DNA of 27,265 nt from Planctomycetaceae bacterium (GCA_015493185.1 WGDQ01000745.1:1-27265), one strand, 5' to 3'. Shown: positions 1 to 9,452, counted from the stretch's first letter. A program made the numbers and translations. The notes: generated by a model from the letters alone, not told the origin.

Positions 1-25
1 AGCGTCAGATGTGTATAAGAGACAG
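1..25 (+). other. Untrimmed Nextera/Tn5 read-1 adapter (artefact, not genomic)
   Basis: AGCGTCAGATGTGTATAAGAGACAG is the 3' 25 nt of TCGTCGGCAGCGTC-AGATGTGTATAAGAGACAG. The 19-bp mosaic end spans 7..25 and cuts an otherwise open DUF58 frame. Confidence 0.98.
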
Positions 26-125
26 GACCGGCCACATAGCCCTCGACGATGCGCTGTGCGCGTAGTTCGAGCCCTTCGAGCTTAGCCAGCGTCTGCGGAT
101 CTAAATACTTCTGGAAGGCTTCCAC
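26..125 (-). CDS. DUF58-family protein, N-terminal 33 aa only (truncated by the adapter; not in ORF track)
   Basis: GTG at 125 with GAGG ~6 nt upstream reads [33 protein letters not shown], the typical DUF58 N-terminus. It lies directly downstream of moxR and overlaps its 3' end by 44 nt. Confidence 0.85.
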
Positions 126-1164
126 CGATAGCCTCTTCTTCGCTGGGAATCACGTCGATCAGCCGTCGCACAATGTCGTCGGGCTTGATGCCTTCGGCAT
201 CGGCGTTGAAATTGGTCAGAATGCGATGTCGTAGCACGGGAGCCGCCACGGCACGAACGTCGTCGCAACTGGCGTACATGCGGCCATGCAGCACGGCACG
301 GGCCTTGGCCCCCAACACCAGGTATTGGCTTGCTCGGGGACCAGCACCCCAGGAAACAAACCGCTCGATGAACTCGGGCACGTCGCCCTTTTCGCGTCGC
401 GTCAGACGCGTGAACTTCAGGGCATAGCGTGCCACATGGTCGGCCACCGGCACGCGACGCACAATTCTTTGCAGCTCGCGGATTTCTTCCGCTGATATCG
501 CGTGCGATACGCTTGCCTGCACGTCGGTTGTGGTGCGGCGCACGATCTCGAGCTCCTCCTCTTCGCTTGGATAATCGACCATGACGTTGAACATGAACCG
601 ATCGAGCTGTGCCTCGGGCAGCGGGTACGTGCCCTCCTGCTCGATCGGGTTTTGCGTTGCCAGAACGAAGAACGGTTCTTCCAAGCGATGCCGTTGCCCG
701 CCAACGGTCACCTGATGCTCTTGCATCGCCTCGAGCAAAGCCGCCTGCGTTTTCGGGGGCGTGCGGTTGATTTCGTCGGCCAGCACCACGTTGGCGAATA
801 TCGGGCCCGGCAAAAACTTGAACAGCCGCTGGCCGGTCGATTTGTCTTCCTGAATGACTTCGGTGCCCGTGATGTCTGAGGGCATCAGATCAGGCGTAAA
901 CTGAATGCGGCTGAACTCGAGCGATAGCGCGTCGGCCAGCGCACGAATCATCATGGTTTTGGCCAATCCCGGCACACCGACCAGCAGGCAATGGCCCTGG
1001 GCAAACATGGTGATTAGCAGTTCCTCGATCACCTGTTGCTGGCCAACGATCACTTTCGAAAGCTCGCTGGTCACCCGTTGGCAGGCATCGTGTAGCCGCT
1101 GCACCAACTGGATATCGTCCTGATTCGGACTCGCGCCGGCAGGCGAAACGTCGTCAACATTCAT
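82..1164 (-). CDS. moxR: MoxR-family AAA+ ATPase (MoxR-proper type), 360 aa
   Basis: Walker [24 protein letters not shown], Walker [23 protein letters not shown], and [26 protein letters not shown] overlap with the upstream gene stop at 1161..1164. Confidence 0.96.
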   Translation of the reverse strand: MNVDDVSPAGASPNQDDIQLVQRLHDACQRVTSELSKVIVGQQQVIEELLITMFAQGHCLLVGVPGLAKTMMIRALADALSLEFSRIQFTPDLMPSDITGTEVIQEDKSTGQRLFKFLPGPIFANVVLADEINRTPPKTQAALLEAMQEHQVTVGGQRHRLEEPFFVLATQNPIEQEGTYPLPEAQLDRFMFNVMVDYPSEEEELEIVRRTTTDVQASVSHAISAEEIRELQRIVRRVPVADHVARYALKFTRLTRREKGDVPEFIERFVSWGAGPRASQYLVLGAKARAVLHGRMYASCDDVRAVAAPVLRHRILTNFNADAEGIKPDDIVRRLIDVIPSEEEAIGGSLPEVFRSADAG

Positions 1165-2846
1165 CTTGCTTTTTCTCTGCGAGGGTCTTGGGCAACCGAG
1201 CGCGACGCACGTTCAACCGCACTCTGCCCGTTGCCAGACGTGCGATGCCCGCCGCTTACCGCAGCGGATTTCAAACGAGCCGCGTCCGTTTTCGAGAGTC
1301 TGATGCGTTTGGTCTTCGTGGGCGGTTCTTTTGCGACCGGCCATTCGCCGAGCGACGGGTTGATCGAGCGGTGCGGTGTGCGTTCGTTTTGCGTCAGGTC
1401 GGCCTCCCCGTCGCTCTGAAACTGACTGTACTGGCTGTAGGCATCCAGTGTGTCGTAGCCTGCGACAAGCAGCAGCGGACCGGCAGGAATCAGGTTGCCG
1501 CCGGTAGCACCGGCCCGACGGCCCGCCAGATCGATGACGCGCGTAATCGGCCGCTCCGCCGGTGGTGTTGCCTGCGTGGCCACATAGATTTTGGTGCGAG
1601 TTGGCCAGTAAACGAAATCGCCGGCGAGAACACCTCTTCCCCATGCCTGCATCGGTCCCTGTTCGGCAAATCGCCGCCGCACTTTGCCGCTCTGCGCGTC
1701 GATCCACCAAAGCGATTTTCCTGAGGCCAGCAGATTGCCCTTTCGCACACCAAGCAGGTGCACAATGCTGTTGGCCGCACCGGGCGCCGTCGACCACAGG
1801 GTGACGCCGCTTGCGGCATCGAAGGCGAAAATGTGCCCTGAGTCGGACGGGGCCACGTAAACGCGTCCGTCGGCATAAACGCACGGTGTGAGGTCGCGGT
1901 AAAAGTGGTGATAGTCTTCACCGATGGTTCGGCGGGCCACGCGCTCGTAGGTGGCAATCCATCGCACGCGTCCGTCGCGAGCCGCTAAGGCGGCCACGGC
2001 GCCAAGGTTCGTGTTGCAATACAGCGTGCCGTAACGAAGCGTCAGTAAGTTGTGCGTGATTTCGTTGTACACCCCCCCGCCCGGCGAGTTCGCCGCGCAA
2101 AGGTAACGCTTCCAAATCCGATGTCCGGAGTTTGCATCGAAGCAGAGCACATAGGCCGATACCGAACTGATATCGTATCTTCTGGCGCCGATGTAAACCC
2201 GCCGACCATCGCACACCGGTGCGCCGTCGAACACCAACGATTCTTCGTCCGCCACCACTTTCCAAATCAGGCGACCCTCGGCTGCCAGGTCGATGCAAAC
2301 CAGTTCCCTGCCTAGTGCGGGAAGCGAGCTGCTGCCGGGGGGGCCTAGATTGGCGAGCAGCCGACCTTGAAAGGCGGTCATCGTGAAACGAGGCGTGCCC
2401 AACACATTGCGCGAAACATCGAGTCGTGGATCGCGATTCGGACGAACCATCGACGATTGCGCACTCCACAACCGCTTGCCGGTTTTCAGGTCGAACGCGT
2501 AGATCTCGTATAGTGTGTTGACCAGCACCTTGCCGTCGACGACCAAGGGGTGATAGCTCAGTGGTAGGCGATGTTTCTCGGCCACGCGCATCAGAGGCAA
2601 ACCGGCTCGCCGAGCCACCGTGGCATCGGATGGCGGAGCAGGCGGCAATTTCACACGCCACGCCGGCGCTCCCACGTCGATCGCCTGCGGCGCACGGCCG
2701 TTTCGATCAGGGCGGCCTGCAAATGTGAACCAGCCTTCTTGTTGTTTGGGGGGCGACCAATCCGTCGCCGCCTTCAGCAGGCGAGAAAGCGTTTCTGCAT
2801 AAAGGCCGTCCCGCCCTGCCAGATGCCCCGATGCATCGGAGAACCT
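1161..2846 (-). CDS. PQQ-like (BamB-type) beta-propeller protein, C-terminal part of a frameshifted gene spanning 1161..3538
   Basis: Repeated propeller blades ([56 protein letters not shown]). The first ~106 codons of the track ORF 1161..3164 look out of frame; plausible sequence begins at [16 protein letters not shown]. Confidence 0.8.
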   Translation of the reverse strand, partial: RFSDASGHLAGRDGLYAETLSRLLKAATDWSPPKQQEGWFTFAGRPDRNGRAPQAIDVGAPAWRVKLPPAPPSDATVARRAGLPLMRVAEKHRLPLSYHPLVVDGKVLVNTLYEIYAFDLKTGKRLWSAQSSMVRPNRDPRLDVSRNVLGTPRFTMTAFQGRLLANLGPPGSSSLPALGRELVCIDLAAEGRLIWKVVADEESLVFDGAPVCDGRRVYIGARRYDISSVSAYVLCFDANSGHRIWKRYLCAANSPGGGVYNEITHNLLTLRYGTLYCNTNLGAVAALAARDGRVRWIATYERVARRTIGEDYHHFYRDLTPCVYADGRVYVAPSDSGHIFAFDAASGVTLWSTAPGAANSIVHLLGVRKGNLLASGKSLWWIDAQSGKVRRRFAEQGPMQAWGRGVLAGDFVYWPTRTKIYVATQATPPAERPITRVIDLAGRRAGATGGNLIPAGPLLLVAGYDTLDAYSQYSQFQSDGEADLTQNERTPHRSINPSLGEWPVAKEPPTKTKRIRLSKTDAARLKSAAVSGGHRTSGNGQSAVERASRSVAQDPRREKAR

Positions 2847-3538
2847 TCCTGGAACCGTGCCAGTTCTGATTTGGCCCGTTCCAAGTCGCCTTGCAAAATA
2901 GAAACGAGCACCAATCTCGCTTCGAAAGCCTCGCGCGGCATGTCGGCATCGGGATAGTGTGGCCGCGCTAGCCCACGAGATTTCGGCATCTCCGGCGGCA
3001 AAAGCTGCTGCCATCTTGAGCGGGCTTCGTCGTACTCTCCGGCTTCCAGGGCCATTTCGGCCAGTGCGTTCAGCGCGTCGTCGCCATAACTGCTGGCAAA
3101 GTATTCGTCGACAACGCGCTCGAGGCCATATCGGTCGCGCTCGCCGAGTGCCGTTTCGTACCAACGCTGTGCCTTGGCGTCGACTTGCTCGCGATAAATG
3201 GCCAGTGCCTCGGGCGGCAGTGCGACCAGGCGCCGCTGGCAGTACTGACGAATGCTGATCGCCAGTCGGTCGTCGACCGCGATCATTTTATCGCCTTCGG
3301 TGTCGCTAACCTGACGCAACACATCGATGGCTTCGTGCCACTGCTGGTTGGCAATGTATTGTTTCAGTTGCTCAAGGTGGGTGCGTGTGCTGCTGCCAGC
3401 TCGATCGAGCACGCTTTTGGACAGCTCCGGCAAGCCGAAACCGCCAAATTGGGCTCGCGCCGGCGGCCCGGAGACCACCGCAAGCCAAATGAAAACCAAT
3501 AGCGCCACCGGTGGCCGCGCTCGGCGGAACAAGCCCAT
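2774..3538 (-). CDS. N-terminal part of the same secreted TPR-like/PQQ-propeller protein (signal peptide plus helical domain); frame breaks near 2846
   Basis: Signal peptide MGLFRRARPPVALLVFIWLAVVSGPPARA and TPR-like helices (YGDDALNALAEMALEAGEYDEARSRWQQL). Adding one base at ~2846 joins both frames into a 792-aa protein. Confidence 0.78.
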   Translation of the reverse strand: MGLFRRARPPVALLVFIWLAVVSGPPARAQFGGFGLPELSKSVLDRAGSSTRTHLEQLKQYIANQQWHEAIDVLRQVSDTEGDKMIAVDDRLAISIRQYCQRRLVALPPEALAIYREQVDAKAQRWYETALGERDRYGLERVVDEYFASSYGDDALNALAEMALEAGEYDEARSRWQQLLPPEMPKSRGLARPHYPDADMPREAFEARLVLVSILQGDLERAKSELARFQEGSPMHRGIWQGGTAFMQKRFLAC

Positions 3539-3830
3539 CCTTTTCCCCTGCGCCGGAGGTTGGCGCTGCGAGCACGAACAGAACGTCGCCCCGCTCCCCT
3601 CCTGAAGCGAGGCATTCCCTGGCCGTCGGGCTAAACGGTTGAAATGCTACAACTTACACCATCTGCAGTATACGGCAGACCCCGCCGGCGGGAAAGAAGA
3701 GTGCGCTTTGTCCGGCCCGTGCCCGAGACCCATATTCCATGCCCGTTCGGGCAGTAGCCTCGACTCGATAGTGCGAAATCGGCCCCAGCCAACGGCTTGC
3801 GGGGCAGCCTGCCCACTGCCGCGAGTTGCG

Positions 3831-4001
3831 TCAGCCGGTGGCGTAGCCCTCGATCAGTCGCCCCAGCCAAAAGGCAGACACCGCCGCCACCAAGGCCACG
3901 AGCATGTCGCGAAGCGAAATGGCATTGAGCAGTTGCAAAACAATCGCCAGCGGCGGGATGAAAAGCCCCACGCGTTGCAGCAACTGGCCGAAAACACGCA
4001 T
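3831..4001 (-). CDS. Small two-TM hypothetical membrane protein, 56 aa
   Basis: MRVFGQLLQRVGLFIPPLAIVLQLLNAISLRDMLVALVAAVSAFWLGRLIEGYATG has two hydrophobic segments and is co-oriented with the propeller/moxR genes. The start was taken at the internal ATG 4001 of track ORF 3831..4130. Confidence 0.6.
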   Translation of the reverse strand: MRVFGQLLQRVGLFIPPLAIVLQLLNAISLRDMLVALVAAVSAFWLGRLIEGYATG

Positions 4002-4561
4002 CGGAAAAAATTCTTTCAAAACGGTGTGTTTCAACGGCTCCAAACCATCGTGCGAATCGCATGCGCCCCGGCATCCTATTGCAACAAGCAGCTCGATTGC
4101 TGTGGCTGTTAGTCGCTGTCGTTGGCGCAACGTCGCGCGGGCCGCTCAGAGCGATCGGGCCGGCATGTAGCATCTGTGCCGAAAAGCAGCAGGTGCCGCA
4201 CCGTTCCAGCGCGATCCGTCACGTTGCGGGGTCTTCGTGCCAGAAGTCAAAACTGCTGCTGACACAAGATCTCAGCGATGTTTTCCTGCCGAAGGCCCAG
4301 CGGCAAACCAAGGCCGGTTGGTACAAGCTGGCCGCATCAGCATGGTTCGCTTACGGCCTGATAAAACACCGCAAACGCTCTACGGCGCCCTCTGCCATAG
4401 GCCCGCTACGCTGTACGATAACAACAACGTTTGCGAGGCGGAAGCCGCTTGAAGAATCCAGGCTTGCGGCCGCGGAATGCTCATGGCGACCGGACAACGT
4501 CGCAAGCTTCGCCGCAACCGTGCGCCATTGGTTGCACTACACTTAGGCAGGGAATTGGCTC

Positions 4562-4972
4562 ATGCGATTCTGGATCATTCTTGCACGCAGCCTGCGTTTG
4601 CGATGCCCGGCCTGTGGCCGAGGTCGACTGTTTGCCGGCTGGGTGCGCATGAACGAAAGCTGCGACCATTGCGGACTCGATTTCGAGCCCGAAGGCGGCT
4701 ATTACCTGGGTTCTGTTTACTTCAACTACTTCATCACGTCGTTGCTCGTCACGTTCATTTTTTTTGGCCTTTATTTCGGTGCGGGCATTCGCCCCAACCA
4801 AATGATCGTGCCGCTGGCCGCGTTTTGCCTTCTGTTTCCGCTGTGGTTCTTCCGCTACGCACGTGCCCTATGGCGCGGGTTCGACGAGCTTTTCGATCCC
4901 GGGCAGAACAGGGCCGATCAAGAGAGATCACCGGCCGCGAAATCTTCGTCGAGCGGGCGCCACGCGTCCTGA
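4562..4972 (+). CDS. DUF983-family zinc-ribbon membrane protein, 136 aa
   Basis: RCPACGRGRLF...CDHCG (two CxxC motifs) followed by two TM helices; GGGA upstream of the ATG. Confidence 0.85.
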   Translation: MRFWIILARSLRLRCPACGRGRLFAGWVRMNESCDHCGLDFEPEGGYYLGSVYFNYFITSLLVTFIFFGLYFGAGIRPNQMIVPLAAFCLLFPLWFFRYARALWRGFDELFDPGQNRADQERSPAAKSSSSGRHAS

Positions 4973-5060
4973 CGTTGAATCGCGCTGCGAGGCAGCGCCA
5001 ACTGCCCAAACAAAAAGTGGGCGATCGGTGGCATGACACGCATTTGTGATAAGCGGCCCC

Positions 5061-5369
5061 TCACGAGGCGACCGGTCCCTCGTCCGTCGGTGGCGAGGAT
5101 GTTTCTTCCCGGCGGCTGCCACGGGCCTTGCGGACCTCGTAGTACATGTAGCCGCTGAAGGTTCCCAGAATGGTGAAGGGCATCGACATCATGAACAAGA
5201 TGCTCCAGAAGAACCCTTGCACCAAATCGCCGCCCTGCTGCGCATCGTTTGCCAACGCTTCTTTGCAGTTGGGACATGCCCATGCAAGATGCGGAAATAC
5301 CAACGGGCTGATCATCGCAATCGCGATGCCGACAGTCCAAACCAAGCGGTATCGGCCTTGGTGGTTCAT
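5061..5369 (-). CDS. Small exported CxxC membrane protein (signal peptide-ACPNC-TM helix), ~102 aa
   Basis: Hydrophobic signal ending AWA, then CPNC, then TM GFFWSILFMMSMPFTILGTFSGYMYY and a basic stop-transfer. GAGAGG lies upstream of ATG 5369. It is the last gene of the oxidase cluster. Confidence 0.75.
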   Translation of the reverse strand: MNHQGRYRLVWTVGIAIAMISPLVFPHLAWACPNCKEALANDAQQGGDLVQGFFWSILFMMSMPFTILGTFSGYMYYEVRKARGSRREETSSPPTDEGPVAS

Positions 5370-5401
5370 AATTCGATCAGCCTCTCGACAGGTCACGATC
5401 T

Positions 5402-5923
5402 TTAAGAAATCGGCACTGCGGCAGTGCGCTCCGGGTTGGCGGCGCTACACTGCGATTCGACGGAAGAACGGGTAGATATTATAGTTTTTTCGCCGCTCGG
5501 CGGGTAGAGATGGTAAAGCATCGCATAAATCACCACGCCTGTGACAGAAACATACAGCCAAATGGGAAAGGCCCATCGCACCACACGGCGGTGTGCTGCC
5601 CGGCGATCGCGCCAGCCGAAATAGATGCTCGCGATCGCCAAAAACGGAACCGTGGCGGCCAGCACAATGTGGGATATGAGGATCGCGAAGTACACCCCCC
5701 GCACCGGTCCGCTGCCGCCAAACGGGCGGCTTCCCGCCTGCGCGTGATAGACGAGGTAGCACACGAGAAACGCAATCGAAACGCCGAAGGCCCCCAGCAT
5801 CAGCCAGCGGTGCACGACTTCTCGATGCTGCTTGATGGCAACCAGGCCGGCTATCAGCAACAATGTGGCGGTGGCGTTGAGCGCGGCATTGATTGTTGGC
5901 AGCTCGGCCACGCCCCATGCCAT
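5402..5923 (-). CDS. DUF420-family membrane protein (oxidase-cluster associated)
   Basis: LPTINAALNATA, HRWLMLGAF, FLVCYLVYH, ILISHIVLA, HRRVVRWAFPIWLYVSVTGVVIY. Start placed at ATG 5923; GTG 6001, which overlaps the sco stop, is an alternative. Confidence 0.9.
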   Translation of the reverse strand: MAWGVAELPTINAALNATATLLLIAGLVAIKQHREVVHRWLMLGAFGVSIAFLVCYLVYHAQAGSRPFGGSGPVRGVYFAILISHIVLAATVPFLAIASIYFGWRDRRAAHRRVVRWAFPIWLYVSVTGVVIYAMLYHLYPPSGEKTIISTRSSVESQCSAANPERTAAVPIS

Positions 5924-5997
5924 CGGCACCCATGTTGGGCAGCCGAACGGCTCACCTGCCGGCACAAGCCCTTTCGCCGATAAGAAGCCCCAGCCGC

Positions 5998-6618
5998 TCA
6001 CGATCGCACCTCGAGCAGTTTGCGCAAACGAGCCTTCAGCCGTTCGACGTCTGTTGGGTCCGTACCTCGAAAATAGCCGACGACAGTTTGCTGCGGGTCG
6101 ACCAGTATCAGACGGTCGGAGTGCGTGCCCGGCTCTCCCGATACCAGAAATCTCCTTCGGGCCACATCGCGAATAGCATCCGGGTCGCCAGTGAGAAAAT
6201 GCCAACGCTCAAAATCGGCATGAAACCGCTGGGCGTATTCCCGCAAGATTTCCGGACTGTCGTACTGCGGATGCACGGTGATGCTCACAAACTGTAGTTC
6301 GGGCGTGTCGAAAGTTTGTTGAAGATCTTCAACCGCTTGATTGATCCGGATACACGCTCCGGGACAACTCGTAAAAAAGAAGCTGGCAATCCAATAGCGG
6401 CCCTCGAGCCGCTCGCTCGAAAACGGCTTACCTTGCTCGTCGGTGAGTGTGAACGGCTCGATACGCCGTCCAGTCAGGCCGGCCTGACCGGCAGCGGCAG
6501 CTTGGTTCGAGGTGGCCGTTGGCTCGATCCGCTCACGTTGGCTATGGCGCCAGCCGTACAACAGTGCCAGCGCGATCAGCACGGCGCCCCAACCGGCAAG
6601 CAAGTATCGCGGCTTCAT
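5998..6618 (-). CDS. sco: SCO1/SenC-family copper chaperone, 206 aa
   Basis: N-terminal TM anchor, FFTSCPGAC (CxxxC), distal His in GTHSDRLILVD, thioredoxin-fold pattern. ATG 6618 overlaps the permease stop (ATGA). Confidence 0.93.
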   Translation of the reverse strand: MKPRYLLAGWGAVLIALALLYGWRHSQRERIEPTATSNQAAAAGQAGLTGRRIEPFTLTDEQGKPFSSERLEGRYWIASFFFTSCPGACIRINQAVEDLQQTFDTPELQFVSITVHPQYDSPEILREYAQRFHADFERWHFLTGDPDAIRDVARRRFLVSGEPGTHSDRLILVDPQQTVVGYFRGTDPTDVERLKARLRKLLEVRS

Positions 6619-7460
6619 ACGAGATCTCCCCGCGAAGGTCGGCCGGCCACGTACACCGACAGCGCGAACGTTACTGCAGCAAACAACAGCGTCACGCCCC
6701 AGCAAGTCGCCATCGATGGCAACCCGGGTGGCAACGGTGGATTGTCGACACCCAGGTACAGCAGACGCCGCAGACCAGCCACGCCATAGGTTAGCGGATT
6801 CACGGCCAGCACCCACGCAAGCCAGCCTTTTTCGGCCGGGAAAAAAGCACCGGACAGAAGCCACATGGGAAACAACACGACGCTCATCACCGCATGATAA
6901 CCCTGCGTGGAATCGGTGCCCCAGGCGAACACGAAACCCAAGGCCGTGAGCGCCAGAGCGCAAATCGCCAGAAACACTACGGCCAACAAAACGGACAACG
7001 GCGTGAAGGCGATGCCGATCGTTACTCCGAAGGCCAGAAAGATCAGACCTTGGGCGAGCGCCAGTGCACCGCCGCCCACGAGCTTGCCCAGCACCATCGA
7101 CCAGCGCGAAACGGGCGCCACCAGCACCGATTGCAAGAAGCCTTCTCGGCGATCCTCGATCACTGAAATCGTCGTGAAGATCGCCGTGAAGAGCAGGATG
7201 AGCATGACGGTGCCGGGGAAAAAGTACTCCCGATAACTAAGCCCGGTGGCCTCAGTGCCCGGCAGCCGAAACGTAGGCCCTAGCCCCGCACCAAATAGCA
7301 GCCAGAACACGGCCGGTTGCCCGATGGCCCCGAACACGCGGTTTTTTTGCCGCAAGAAGCGAACCCACTCGCGTGCGCTGAGTGTCGCCACCACTTGAGC
7401 CGGCCGACCATACGAAGGCCGCGGTGTGCGTGTGATCGGATCGGCAACTGCTTGCGCCAT
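6615..7460 (-). CDS. ABC-2 type transporter permease (DrrB-like), 281 aa
   Basis: About 6 TM helices, FFPGTVMLILLF, IEDRREGFLQSVLVAPVSR, LSGAFFP, NPLTYGVAGLR. ATG 7460 is preceded by AGGGA. Confidence 0.92.
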   Translation of the reverse strand: MAQAVADPITRTPRPSYGRPAQVVATLSAREWVRFLRQKNRVFGAIGQPAVFWLLFGAGLGPTFRLPGTEATGLSYREYFFPGTVMLILLFTAIFTTISVIEDRREGFLQSVLVAPVSRWSMVLGKLVGGGALALAQGLIFLAFGVTIGIAFTPLSVLLAVVFLAICALALTALGFVFAWGTDSTQGYHAVMSVVLFPMWLLSGAFFPAEKGWLAWVLAVNPLTYGVAGLRRLLYLGVDNPPLPPGLPSMATCWGVTLLFAAVTFALSVYVAGRPSRGDLV

Positions 7461-7558
7461 GGCTCGTCGTTCCCTATTCGAAAAACACAAGATGACGTCG
7501 ATTCACCGCACCGCTGCGCGATCAGGGAGGCGGGTCGAGCCCCTATGGGGCCGGCAAC

Positions 7559-8506
7559 TCACGCATGTTGCACGCCTTCGGCCCAAAAGCGATGTCCGGT
7601 GCGGGCGATGAATACGTCTTCCAGTGTGGGCTGACTGAGAGTGATGGAACGGATTCGACCAGGAAACGCCTCGATCAATCGAGCGATCCAGCGGTGCGCC
7701 TCCGGCAGTTCGAGCCGCACCATTGTTTCAACAACTGTGGCCTCCAACGCGAATTGCTCACGGATCGCGGAAGCAAGTTGCTCGGGGTCGTCGGCCTCGA
7801 TTGATATTGTATCGCCACCCACGGTGGCTTTGAGCGCCTCGGGCGTATCGAGGGCCACAATCGAGCCCTCGTCGATGATTGCCACGCGGTCGGCCTTGTC
7901 GGCTTCTTCGAGCAAGTGCGTGGTTAGCAAAACGCTCACGCCGAATTCTTGCTGTAGCCGTACAAGGTAGGCCCAAAGGTCGCTGCGGGCGCCCGGGTCG
8001 AGCCCTGTACTTGGTTCGTCCAGCAACACGACATGCGGTCGGTGCAGCAGCCCTTTGGCCAGTTCCACGCGGCGGCGGAGGCCTCCGGAAAGCTTTTCGA
8101 CCAAATCGCCGGCGCGATCGCTCAGCCCCAATTCCTCCAGCATCTCGTCTTCCCGAGCCCGCAGGGCGCGCCCAGAAAGCCCGTAAAGATGGCCCTGATG
8201 ACGCAAGTTTTCTCGCACCGTGAGCTTCTTGTCGACGCTCGGCGCTTGAAACACGACGCCGATGCGGGCTCGCACTTCGTTCGGCTCACGGGCCACATCG
8301 TGCCCCAACACGCGAATCGTACCGTGTTGCAAAGGCACGAGTGTTGCTAACAGCCGGAACAGCGTCGTTTTCCCGCCACCGTTTGGGCCAACCAGCGCGA
8401 ACAGTTCGCCCGGCCGCACGTCGAAGCCAACCTCGTTCAGCGCGCGACGCGTTCCATAGTGGAATGAGACATCGCGCACTTCGATGGCCGCCTCGGCATC
8501 GCCCAT
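7559..8506 (-). CDS. ABC transporter ATP-binding protein (DrrA-like), 315 aa
   Basis: Walker A GPNGGGKTT, Q-loop VVFQ, signature LSGG, Walker B VVLLDEP, H-loop LTTH. Start moved to ATG 8506. Confidence 0.95.
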   Translation of the reverse strand: MGDAEAAIEVRDVSFHYGTRRALNEVGFDVRPGELFALVGPNGGGKTTLFRLLATLVPLQHGTIRVLGHDVAREPNEVRARIGVVFQAPSVDKKLTVRENLRHQGHLYGLSGRALRAREDEMLEELGLSDRAGDLVEKLSGGLRRRVELAKGLLHRPHVVLLDEPSTGLDPGARSDLWAYLVRLQQEFGVSVLLTTHLLEEADKADRVAIIDEGSIVALDTPEALKATVGGDTISIEADDPEQLASAIREQFALEATVVETMVRLELPEAHRWIARLIEAFPGRIRSITLSQPTLEDVFIARTGHRFWAEGVQHA

Positions 8507-8715
8507 AACACAAATAATCCACGACGCTGAAAAAAGGAGAGGCTTACGAGCCGTCAAACCGCATTGCACAAGCGAACGGAACGGCAATGGAGCGGCGCAA
8601 ACAACACACGAAACCGGAGCAATGCACCGTTCGTTCGCCAGTAGTCGCGGTGGCATCCCGTCGCTCGGCGAAGGACGACCAATCATGGCCGTTGAGCGCG
8701 CCACGCACGCGAGCA

Positions 8716-9165
8716 TCAATGTTCGCCGCCGGTCTCGTGCTGCTGATCACCGTTGTCGGCCGCGTGCGAGCCGGCCTCGACACTGGCAACGTCGAGCGGC
8801 TCGGCCATGAATGCCCGTCGCTTGGGCGAAGCAATGCGGTATCGCAAGCCGATATCTGGCACAAGAGCCAACATGATGAAAATAGCCATGATGGCTGGCG
8901 GAACCGTCAGCACGTATTTCCAGTTGGCCTCCCACTTCAGGTGCATGAAAAACAACATGACCAACGTCGCCTTCGTGCAGGAAACGGCCATCATGAACAG
9001 GCGGCCAACAGCAGGCTCGTCGTGAAATGGCCAAAGGCTCGAGTATGTGAAAAACGAAGCCCCGGTCAGCACGATCAGTGCCACGAAAACCGCAATGTAT
9101 TTGCCGATCCCGTGTTCGGCTGCGTGCGGATCGACGACCGTTTCGCCTGAAGCGTTAGCGGACAT
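8716..9165 (-). CDS. ctaF: Cytochrome c oxidase subunit IV (prokaryotic COX4 family), 149 aa
   Basis: KYIAVFVALIVLT...KATLVMLFFMHLKWE, three TM helices, directly downstream of subunit III. Confidence 0.9.
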   Translation of the reverse strand: MSANASGETVVDPHAAEHGIGKYIAVFVALIVLTGASFFTYSSLWPFHDEPAVGRLFMMAVSCTKATLVMLFFMHLKWEANWKYVLTVPPAIMAIFIMLALVPDIGLRYRIASPKRRAFMAEPLDVASVEAGSHAADNGDQQHETGGEH

Positions 9166-9452
9166 GATACGGATCTCTCCGGTTCTTTTGTTCTCTGGTT
9201 GCCTGCGCTATTTTCGGCCCCCCGCGCCGCGCGGGAGTGCATCGCTTGCTACGTTGCTGTTTATGAAACTGATTGCGAACAGGCGAACAGGCCTTGTTCA
9301 TTCTGTCCAGCCTGCGTATCGCTTGCTACTCAGGATTTAACTTTCCCTCTGCGTTCCCCGAACCGCGGTTGTGCGTCTGGCGACCTTGTACGTGAAACAC
9401 CCGGCAAACGGTAAGAAGCGACCATTCGCAACCCGCTATGCTCGGAGTCACT

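Noticed and set aside
7-25. Tn5/IS50 end suggesting a transposon insertion
   Set aside because: It is the engineered mosaic end preceded by Nextera primer sequence, sits at position 1, and has no transposase or partner end.
1161-1430. Basic ~90-aa tail after the last propeller blade as a possible third frameshift
   Set aside because: The frame ends in an exact ATGA overlap with moxR, which fits a genuine stop; it cannot be resolved further without homologs.
4061-4546. 161-aa plus-strand ORF upstream of DUF983
   Set aside because: No RBS or recognisable motif, and Ala/Arg/Ser/Cys-rich composition typical of spurious GC-rich ORFs.
9221-9235. GC hairpin CCCGCG-CCG-CGCGGG between ctaE and ctaF
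   Set aside because: There is no U-tract in the sense direction and the loop is only 3 nt, so it is not supportable as a terminator.
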